Shown here piece after piece: positions 1 to 5,767 of a DNA stretch of 32,000 nucleotides. A program made the position numbers and the translations under genes. Under the pieces are notes generated by a model, which worked only from the letters and a program-made list of their open reading frames with translations, searched no databases and had not been told where the DNA came from. Numbering within the stretch: the first letter of the stretch is position 1; the number at the start of each line of letters is the position of its first letter. Origin of the DNA: an uncultured Chloroflexia bacterium (GTDB lineage: Bacteria > Chloroflexota > Anaerolineae > Anaerolineales > Anaerolineaceae); assembly GCA_963704755.1 (NCBI GenBank), contig OY969938.1:3810001-3842000 (forward strand), given 5' to 3'.

Positions 1-1591
1 ATATCTTGCCCATGCCCTCGCCGGCCAGGCCCCAGCCGGAGATGAACACGTGGCTCCAGGGCAGCTTGCCCAAATGATAGGCCGATTTGACGATAGTGTA
101 AAAGGCCCAGGTGCGGATGATTTCATGCGCCTGCGGGCGCATGGAGAAGGGAAAAACCTGACCGAACAGACCCGGATCGTCCTGCCAGCCGGAAACGATC
201 TGCGGGCTGAGGGAGGAAGTCGCCCAGGTGTCCATCACATCGGTCTCCGGCTCGAATTCAGACGAGCCGCACGAACAGTTTTCGGCTGGCGAGGCCTGAG
301 CCGGATCGACCGGCAGGCGGTCGGATGAGGCCAGAGTCGGCCGGCCGCATTTTTTGCAATACCAGAGCGGGAAAGGCACGCCAAAATAGCGCTGGCGAGA
401 GATGCACCAATCCCAGTTCAAGTTTTCCACCCAGGAACGGTAGCGCGCCCCCATATGTTCTGGGTGCCAGTGGATCTGCTCGCCGGCATCCAGAAAGGCC
501 TGGCGGTTTTCCAGCACGCGGATGAACCACTGGCGGGTAACGATCGTCTCGACCGGGGTATCGCAGCGCTCGTGAACCCGCACCGATTGGGACAGGCTTT
601 CGCGCTTGAGCAGCAGGCCGTTTTCTTCCAGCAGGGTCTTCATGCGGGCGCGAGCCTGGACGACCGTCAGCCCTTGCAGCGGCCCGGCGACCACCGTCAA
701 CCGCCCCTGTCGATCGATCGCCTCGATCAGCGCCAGGTGATGGGTGTACCACCAGGCTACGTCGGTCTGGTCGCCGAAGGTGCAGCACATGACTGCCCCG
801 GTGCCTTTGTGGGGATCGGCGGTCGGGTCGGCCAGGATGGGGACGGCCTGGCGGTAGAAGGGGGTCAGCGCCTGGCTGCCGATAAAGGCTTGATAGCGGG
901 TATCCTCAGGATGGACAAAGACGGCTACACAGGCGGCCAGCAGCTCGGGCCGGGTAGTGGCGATGGGCAGCAGCGAGCCATCCGGCAGGGTGAAGGGGAT
1001 GGTCACAAACTCGGTCTCGCGCTGCAAGTCCTCCAACTCGGCCTGGGCGATGGCGGTGCGGCATTCCGGGCACCACAGGCTGGGCGCTTCGCGCCGGTAT
1101 ACCAGATCCTGGCGGTACAGGTCCAGAAAGGAGGCCTGGGCCAGGCGGCGGGAACGTTCATCGATGGTGCGGTAGGTGTGGCGCCAGTCTATCGACCGCC
1201 CCAGGCGCTGCCACAGCGCGTGATATTCCTTTTCTTCTTCGTCGCTCACCTGGAGGCACTTTTGGATGAAATCCGTCCGGCCGACCTCGGCCGCCCGCAC
1301 GCCCAGGCGCTTTTCGACCAGGCGCTCGGTTGGCAGGCCGTTGTCGTCGAAACCCATTGGGTAAAACACGGCGTATCCCTGCATGCGTTTGTAGCGGGCG
1401 ATGAAGTCGGCCTGGCTGTAGGAATAAACGTGGCCAAGGTGCAGGTGTCCACTGACCGTCGCCGGCGGCGAATCGATGGAAAACACCGGCTTTCCCTGGC
1501 CGGGGTCGAACCGGTAGATGGCTTTTTCTTGCCAGTACTGCTGCAGGGCCGGCTCCTGCTCGGATGGGGTAAATCGTTTTGGTAAGGGCAT
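1..1591 (-). CDS. valS: valine--tRNA ligase, N-terminal ~530 codons (3' end lies beyond the window start)
   Basis: Manual minus-strand translation from ATG 1591-1589 gives MPLPKRFTPSEQEPALQQYWQEKAIYRFD...SIDSPPATVSGHLHLGHVYSYSQADFIARYKRMQGYAVFYPMGFDDNGLPTERLVEK (class I HIGH-type HLGH). Later it reads WDWCISRQRYFGVPFPLWYC and GMGKI at the window edge (start of the KMSKS region). GGAGG SD at 1600-1596 and a Val T-box upstream. It is absent from the ORF track only because the window truncates it. The + ORF 455..1585 is its antisense shadow. Confidence 0.9.
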   Translation of the reverse strand, partial: MPLPKRFTPSEQEPALQQYWQEKAIYRFDPGQGKPVFSIDSPPATVSGHLHLGHVYSYSQADFIARYKRMQGYAVFYPMGFDDNGLPTERLVEKRLGVRAAEVGRTDFIQKCLQVSDEEEKEYHALWQRLGRSIDWRHTYRTIDERSRRLAQASFLDLYRQDLVYRREAPSLWCPECRTAIAQAELEDLQRETEFVTIPFTLPDGSLLPIATTRPELLAACVAVFVHPEDTRYQAFIGSQALTPFYRQAVPILADPTADPHKGTGAVMCCTFGDQTDVAWWYTHHLALIEAIDRQGRLTVVAGPLQGLTVVQARARMKTLLEENGLLLKRESLSQSVRVHERCDTPVETIVTRQWFIRVLENRQAFLDAGEQIHWHPEHMGARYRSWVENLNWDWCISRQRYFGVPFPLWYCKKCGRPTLASSDRLPVDPAQASPAENCSCGSSEFEPETDVMDTWATSSLSPQIVSGWQDDPGLFGQVFPFSMRPQAHEIIRTWAFYTIVKSAYHLGKLPWSHVFISGWGLAGEGMGKI

Positions 1592-1602
1592 GGGACCTCC
1601 GT

Positions 1603-1760
1603 GGGGAAAAAGAGAGTAGAGAATAGTAAATAGAGAATGGAGAATAGAGAATAGAGAATGGTTCTTTGGTTGCGTCGCTACCTTATTGATTGATCGCCTC
1701 GTTGTCCGAATTACTAATTTCTATTTACTACTCTCTACTCTCTATTTTCTAATTTCTGCC
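1603..1760. repeat. foldback repeat element R1 (heptamer arms around a ~50-bp core)
   Basis: Seven tandem 7-bp units sit at 1612-1660 (GAGAGTA GAGAATA GTAAATA GAGAATG GAGAATA GAGAATA GAGAATG). Seven inverted units sit at 1711-1759 (TTACTAA TTTCTAT TTACTAC TCTCTAC TCTCTAT TTTCTAA TTTCTGC). 1612-1643 is complementary to 1742-1711 with a few mismatches. The 18-nt motif GAGAGTAGAGAATAGTAA (1612-1629) recurs in R2. Confidence 0.85.
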
Positions 1761-1761
1761 T

Positions 1762-2048
1762 TAAAACAAACAACCTTCCGCCTCTATGAGGACGAAAGGT
1801 TATCTTCCGCGGTACCACCTCAATTCGTAAGCAATTATGGCTTACGCTCTCGTTCCCGGACGATCATCCGGGTTACGCGTTAACGGGCTTACCCGTACCG
1901 GTCTACTCTCCCAAGGAGGGATTTCTTCGGTAAATGAGCCAAACGACTTCAGCCGCTGCATTTGCTGGGGAGGTTTTCAGCCGGTGACGCTCCGTCTCTG
2001 TCAGCCTACCAGGGGCTTACTCCTTTTGGCGGGAGTGGATATTCGATT
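1762..2048 (-). promoter_or_regulatory. T-box riboswitch leader with valine specifier codon GUC
   Basis: Read on the minus strand. Stem I is closed by GCCAAAA (2030-2024) / GUUUGGC (1944-1938). The specifier loop has AGUA on the 5' side and GAA-GUC-G on the 3' side (GUC = 1947-1945). Also present are an AGAGA bulge, F-box CCGUUA (1886-1881) and the T-box sequence GGUGGUACCGCG (1819-1808), followed by a terminator. It lies directly upstream of valS. Confidence 0.85.
1772..1801 (-). terminator. intrinsic terminator of the T-box leader
   Basis: Minus strand reads AACCUUUCGUCCUC-AUA-GAGGCGGAAGGUU (13 bp with one bulged U), followed by GUUUGUUUU (1771-1762). Its 5' arm overlaps the T-box antiterminator region. 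Confidence 0.8.
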
Positions 2049-2054
2049 AAGGAG

Positions 2055-2083
2055 ATTATAGCGAGTATTTCTGCTCGCGTCAA
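2055..2083 (-). promoter_or_regulatory. sigma70-type promoter for the valS T-box leader
   Basis: Minus strand reads TTGACG (2083-2078), a 17-nt spacer, then TATAAT (2060-2055). Confidence 0.75.
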
Positions 2084-2104
2084 TTCTATGATCTGAGCAG
2101 GTGA

Positions 2105-2167
2105 GAATCCCGAAAAAGAGGCATTTGCGGTGGCTTCGCCACCGCAAATGCCTCTTTTTCGGGATTC
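2105..2167. terminator. perfect 29-bp-arm hairpin, bidirectional intrinsic terminator architecture
   Basis: GAATCCCGAAAAAGAGGCATTTGCGGTGG-cttcg-CCACCGCAAATGCCTCTTTTTCGGGATTC, with no mismatch. The inner 16-bp stem is flanked by A5 upstream and T5 downstream on both strands. It lies between the VOC gene 3' end and the valS promoter. Confidence 0.8.
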
Positions 2168-2203
2168 CTCCACGGGGCCCCGAGCGGTTACAAAAATATC
2201 ATT

Positions 2204-2626
2204 TTATTTTCTAGAATCTCCTCTGAAAATCCATTGAACGCCAAATCGATCATAGAACTGGCCATACAATCCAAACGGCATGTCGTGCAACTCTTGAAAT
2301 CTCTCTTTTTCTGCTCCATCGGCAAGTTTGTCAAAGACTGTCTTCAATTCATCATAGGAGTTACCAACTACAAATATTGCAGACATGTTGCCCAGAATTG
2401 GATCGAAGGCGGGCGAAGCCATCCAATCTGCGGCAGAGATTTCAATATTTCCGCTGGTTAATTGGGCATTTATGATTCTGTCATGCTTTTCCACTGGAAA
2501 CTGAGCTTTCATGGGTGTGTCTTCGAGCCTGGTTAGGATGAGCTTTCCCCCGAGGCACTGGTGATAAAACGTCATTGCCTCCGCACAGTTTCCATCGAAT
2601 AGTAGAAAGGGAATACCTCGTAACAT
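2204..2626 (-). CDS. VOC/glyoxalase-fold family protein (PhnB/YjdN-like)
   Basis: 140-aa ORF. Its N-terminus IPFLLFDGNCAEAMTFYHQCLGG and C-terminal FGVQW resemble the 3-demethylubiquinone-9 methyltransferase-like/PhnB VOC family. The region looks locally lower in GC by eye. Confidence 0.7.
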   Translation of the reverse strand: MLRGIPFLLFDGNCAEAMTFYHQCLGGKLILTRLEDTPMKAQFPVEKHDRIINAQLTSGNIEISAADWMASPAFDPILGNMSAIFVVGNSYDELKTVFDKLADGAEKERFQELHDMPFGLYGQFYDRFGVQWIFRGDSRK

Positions 2627-2632
2627 TCTGCT

Positions 2633-2641
2633 ATTGTACCA
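2633..2641 (-). promoter_or_regulatory. extended -10 element (TGGTACAAT) 6 nt upstream of the VOC gene ATG (possible leaderless mRNA)
   Basis: Minus strand reads TGGTACAAT-GCAGAA-ATG. There is no SD between the -10 and the start codon. Confidence 0.4.
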
Positions 2642-2692
2642 AAAATGAAATTCCCAGGCTATACGTGGATTTCACTACCGACCTGTGCTAAA

Positions 2693-2845
2693 AAGGAGAC
2701 CCACGCAGGTGGGTCTTTGTGTATTTGTAGGTGCAGCTTTAGCTGCCACGGCCTTCGAAAGCCGGGCTTCGCGTGGGCTTATGCCTGCCGGCGACCGAGG
2801 TCGCTGCAACAAAAACACGAAGACCCACCTGCGTGGGTCTCAACC
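2693..2845. repeat. foldback (MITE-like) element, copy 1 inside the tandem array
   Basis: The ~40-bp inverted termini match at about 38 of 43 positions: AAGGAGACCCACGCAGGTGGGTCTTTGTGTATTTGTAGGTGCAGC vs the reverse complement of GCTGCAACAAAAACACGAAGACCCACCTGCGTGGGTCTCAACC. They include 20-nt palindromes at 2697-2716 and 2821-2840. Confidence 0.75.
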
Positions 2846-2982
2846 ATTTACGAGGAGCGCGACGTGACCCGGTTTTCAAAGGTGCGAGGACAGGAGAGGC
2901 TTGGACGGTGTAGCTCGGGTTTCGAACCCGAGAAAAGCGCCGGGGAAACAGTATCTCGTCTCCGGGGCCGACTTATGCTGAA

Positions 2983-3135
2983 AAGGAGACCCACGCAGGT
3001 GGGTCTTTGTGTATTTGTAGGTGCAGCTTTAGCTGCCACGGCCTTCGAAAGCCGGGCTTCGCGTGGGCTTATGCCTGCCGGCGACCGAGGTCGCTGCAAC
3101 AAAAACGCGAAGACCCACCTGCGTGGGTCTCAACC
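2983..3135. repeat. foldback (MITE-like) element, copy 2
   Basis: Identical to copy 1 except for one substitution (A to G in AAAAACACGA / AAAAACGCGA). Palindromes at 2987-3006 and 3111-3130. Confidence 0.75.
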
Positions 3136-3272
3136 TTTTACGAGGAGCGCGACGTGACCCGGTTTTCAAAGGTGCGAGGACGGGAGAGGTTTGGGCGGCG
3201 TTGCTCCGGTTTCGAACCCGAGAAAAGCGCCGGGGAAACAGTATCCCGTCCACGGGGCCGACTTATGCCGAA

Positions 3273-3330
3273 AAGGAGACCCACGCAGGTGGGTCTTTGT
3301 GAATTTGTAGGTGCAGCTTTAGCTGCCACG
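3273..3330. repeat. foldback element, truncated copy 3 (left terminus only)
   Basis: Matches the copy 1/2 left end through GCTGCCACGG with one mismatch (GTGAATTTG), then diverges. Confidence 0.7.
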
Positions 3331-3346
3331 GGCCAGTCCAGAAGGA

Positions 3347-3389
3347 CCGGGGTTTTTATTGGGTGCGAAGCACCCAATAAAAACCCCGG
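3347..3389. repeat. perfect 19-20-bp-arm hairpin just 3' of the VIT1-family gene
   Basis: CCGGGGTTTTTATTGGGTG(C)-gaa-(G)CACCCAATAAAAACCCCGG. The T-tract lies in the 5' arm and the A-tract in the 3' arm, so it is not a canonical stem-plus-U-tract terminator. Confidence 0.8.
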
Positions 3390-3426
3390 TTTCTCCATAG
3401 TAGCTGAGTTTTTACAGGCGTCTCAT

Positions 3427-4599
3427 TTATCCAACGACCGGCCCAAAAAGGATCCCCAGCCCGTAGGTGATTAGGGCTTCGCCCAGGCCGATGACGGTCA
3501 TTTCGCCACCACTCTTCCAGGGGCTCAGGCCGGTCACCACCGTCTTGGCGGCGCCGATCAGGAAGTGCGATAATGTGCTTATCCCGAAGGAAATGATGAT
3601 GGCCGGATAGCCGTGGGTGAAGAAGAACGGGATGATCGGGATGAAAGCACCTGTGGCAGTCGATAGTGTGGCCGAAATAGCCGCAACCCAGGGATTGGGG
3701 AAGGACTCTTCGGAAAGGCCCAATTCTTCGTTGCCCAGGGTTTTGAGCGCCGTCTCGGGTTGGGCGATCAGGTGAGCGGCCAATGTTTCGGCTTCTTCTT
3801 TGGGTACACCTTTGAGCTGGTAGAACAGGGACAGTTCTTCCTGCTCTTCTTCGGGGTGTTCCTGCAATTCCTCGCGCTCCCGGCGGAATTCGGCTTCCTG
3901 GACTTCACGCTCGGTCTTGGTGGCCAGGTAGGCACCCGAGCCCATCGACAGGGCCGAGGCCATCATGCCGGCCAGCCCGGCGATCAGCACGGCCGGCCCG
4001 CCGGCGGTTGCGCCGGCAACACCGGTGACGATCCCGAAGACCGAGCCCAGCCCGTCGTTAGCGCCGTAAATAGCCTGGCCGATCCAGCCGCCGCCGTGCT
4101 GGTGCCAGCTTTCGCGGTGCAGGATCGTGTCGAGCTGGGCCTGCGGGCTGCCGGCGATCGGGCCGGCGCTCATGGTGTTGTTTTTGTTCATGGCACCGCT
4201 GTGCATTTCTTCATCGTGCAGCACGGCCTTGACCGCGGCGCGGTCTTCTTCAGTCGGTGCGATGGCGGCCATATCCTCATACATTTCGGTGTCGTCATCT
4301 TCATTGCTCTCGATGCGCTTGAGGGCGTTATCGGTGCCACTCTGGACCAGCACCCAGCGCCAGACGCGTTCGCCGAGGGTTTCTTTTTCGGACGGGACTT
4401 TGGCCCCCAGTTCTTGCAGGCGTTTCGACCAGCGTCCACCGTGACCGCTCTCGGCTTCGGCCAGGCTGAGTAATACCTGCCGGCGGGCTTCATTGGTCTC
4501 TCGTTTGGCCAGGTCTTGATAAATTCGCTGGCTGGCGCGTTCTTTGCGTAATGCTATCTGTAAGCTTTTGATAAATTTAGATTGGTTGTTAGATTCCAT
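3427..4599 (-). CDS. VIT1/CCC1-family iron/manganese transporter with N-terminal ferritin-like (rubrerythrin-like) domain
   Basis: N-terminal ferritin-like helices (ERASQRIYQDLAKRE...EAESGHGGRW, HDEEMHSGA). The C-terminal membrane domain carries GANDGLGSVFGIVTGVAGA, typical of VIT1/CCC1. I start at ATG 4599 (MESNNQ), preceded by AGGAGAAG, rather than at the track's GTG at 4620. Confidence 0.8.
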   Translation of the reverse strand: MESNNQSKFIKSLQIALRKERASQRIYQDLAKRETNEARRQVLLSLAEAESGHGGRWSKRLQELGAKVPSEKETLGERVWRWVLVQSGTDNALKRIESNEDDDTEMYEDMAAIAPTEEDRAAVKAVLHDEEMHSGAMNKNNTMSAGPIAGSPQAQLDTILHRESWHQHGGGWIGQAIYGANDGLGSVFGIVTGVAGATAGGPAVLIAGLAGMMASALSMGSGAYLATKTEREVQEAEFRREREELQEHPEEEQEELSLFYQLKGVPKEEAETLAAHLIAQPETALKTLGNEELGLSEESFPNPWVAAISATLSTATGAFIPIIPFFFTHGYPAIIISFGISTLSHFLIGAAKTVVTGLSPWKSGGEMTVIGLGEALITYGLGILFGPVVG

Positions 4600-4643
4600 A
4601 TTCTTCTCCTGAAAAAACACTCGCGCCGGGACAAATGCTTCTT

Positions 4644-4689
4644 ATTATGAGGCGTTTGCGGGTCTATGGACCCGCAAACGCCTCATAAT
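4644..4689. repeat. perfect 21-bp-arm hairpin (TTTGCG...CGCAAA family)
   Basis: ATTATGAGGCGTTTGCGGGTC-tatg-GACCCGCAAACGCCTCATAAT, with no mismatch. Confidence 0.85.
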
Positions 4690-4977
4690 TGGTTCTCCCC
4701 GCAGATATGTCGATGGGGCGTATTATCCCGTCACAGGGTTAATTAAATCACAAGTTGGCGAATGGAGTGGAAATGAGATTGGAGAGATTTTAGTGAGACT
4801 GGTCTGGTGATTTTTCGTCTCTTTACCTTCCTTCGGCGAGAAGGAGTTAAGCAAGATGATTCCAAATTTAACTTTGGGATAGTTTCTGTATATGGGGGCA
4901 TTTGGTTTTCAAATCCGTTTTATTAAAAATAAAAACCTACTGTCATTTGCTTTCGAAGCTCCATTCTGGCATTGCAA

Positions 4978-5151
4978 AGAATCCCCCCTTCGTCCCCCCT
5001 TGCTGAGGCTGTGAAGAACTTTCAGACCCATGTTCATTGCCATCGGAGAACGGATTTCCAGGAATTCGTCGCGTATCCGCAGTTCTTCACAGCCTCCAAG
5101 GGGGGTATGGTCGCCGTTTCTTGCCCCCTTCCCAAGGGGGGTGGGGGGTTC
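4978..5151. repeat. compound inverted repeat in a gene-free gap
   Basis: GAGGCTGTGAAGAACT (5005-5020) pairs perfectly with AGTTCTTCACAGCCTC (5081-5096). CCCCCTTG pairs with CAAGGGGG just outside these. The outer C-tracts (GAATCCCCCCTTCGTCCCCCC) face G-tracts (GGGGGGTGGGGGGTTC). Confidence 0.7.
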
Positions 5152-5360
5152 TTGATTTTGGCCTGGAAACCAGCCATTCGAATGACGCGTTTTATTTCTA
5201 AGCGTCCAACCCAACCGGGATGAGATTGGCGCCGGCTAATCCAAATTTCAGCGAATCCAATATAAATCGTCCCTTGATCCCGGTATTGATCGGTTCTAGA
5301 AATCGAGGATCCTTCCTCCCCTGACGCTTTCCCGGTTCTTAAAGCCAGGCCACGCCAAAA

Positions 5361-5382
5361 AGCCCAGGAGGATTCCTGGGCT
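5361..5382 (-). terminator. intrinsic terminator after the DUF4190 gene
   Basis: Minus strand reads AGCCCAGGA-AUCC-UCCUGGGCU followed by UUUUGG. It lies 35 nt downstream of the stop at 5417. Confidence 0.7.
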
Positions 5383-5416
5383 ATGCTCATGATTGAATTG
5401 TCCAACGGCGGCCGGT

Positions 5417-5749
5417 TTACTGGAAGAAGCGCCGGTCGATGATATTGTTGAAAACGCCCGAGTTGATGAGGCTGTTGCGGGCTATGAGCCAGACGATCGA
5501 AAGAATAATGCCCAGGGCCGAGAGCGCGATGCCGGTGATGGCCATCCAGCGTTTGCTGGACCTCATCCCCAGAATGCCGGTCACGACCCCGCCGGCGGCG
5601 ATGACAAATCCGCAGATCGGGAAACACCAGGCAAACAGGTTGACGATGCCGATAATAAACGAAGCCAATGCCACACCTTTGTGGTCCTTGGGCTCCTGGC
5701 CGGTGATTACGGCGTCCGGTTGGATAGGGGGAATGGGTTCTTCATTCAT
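5417..5749 (-). CDS. DUF4190-like small membrane protein
   Basis: 110 aa with two hydrophobic helices (ALASFIIGIVNLFAWCFPICGFVIAAGGVVTGILG, ITGIALSALGIILSIVWLI), the typical DUF4190 layout. GAGGAG SD. Confidence 0.65.
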   Translation of the reverse strand: MNEEPIPPIQPDAVITGQEPKDHKGVALASFIIGIVNLFAWCFPICGFVIAAGGVVTGILGMRSSKRWMAITGIALSALGIILSIVWLIARNSLINSGVFNNIIDRRFFQ

Positions 5750-5767
5750 AAGATCTTCTCCTCGGTT

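Larger units (their letters stand above)
2679..3330. repeat. tandem direct repeat, exact 290-bp period, about 2.2 units
   Basis: AAAAGGAGACCCACGCAGGTGGGTC starts at 2691, 2981 and 3271. Similarity begins at about 2679 (CCGACCTGTGCTA vs CCGACTTATGCTG). The third unit ends near 3330. Confidence 0.95.

Noticed and set aside
455-1585. 376-aa + strand ORF, the largest ORF in the track for this region
   Set aside because: It is the antisense shadow of valS. The minus strand translates into an unmistakable ValRS with the HLGH motif, while the + frame product is Gly/Ala/Arg-rich with no family resemblance.
1612-1759. Heptamer array as a possible CRISPR or other spacer-containing array
   Set aside because: The units are 7 bp and contiguous with no spacers, and no cas genes are present. 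It is a simple-sequence foldback.
2691-2845. Type IIS restriction sites (GAAGAC, GGTCTC/GAGACC, CACCTGC) concentrated in the repeat hairpins, as a possible sign of engineered DNA
   Set aside because: The sites follow automatically from the palindrome AGACCCAC-GCAG-GTGGGTCT and its reverse complement. The surrounding context is ordinary chromosomal sequence.
2907-2929. tRNA-like T-arm: CTCGGGTTTCGAACCCGAG, which on the minus strand gives CUCGGG-UUCGAAA-CCCGAG
   Set aside because: No acceptor, D or anticodon arms can be built around it. The second repeat copy (3197-3219) carries an uncompensated mismatch in the stem.
2645-3474. ORFs of 60-170 aa on both strands across the 290-bp tandem repeat
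   Set aside because: They are mutually overlapping in several frames, Arg/Cys/Pro-rich and lack an SD. They run through terminator-like palindromes, and their conservation between repeat units is explained by DNA identity.
3760-4493. ORFs 3760..4473 (+), 4127..4444 (+) and 4188..4493 (-) inside the VIT1-family gene
   Set aside because: They are alternative-frame or antisense shadows of a well-supported CDS.
4600-4720. Possible Mn (yybP-ykoY) riboswitch upstream of the VIT1-family transporter
   Set aside because: I could not find the conserved GGGGAGUAG-type and distal motifs. The region is dominated by a perfect 21-bp hairpin of the dispersed family.
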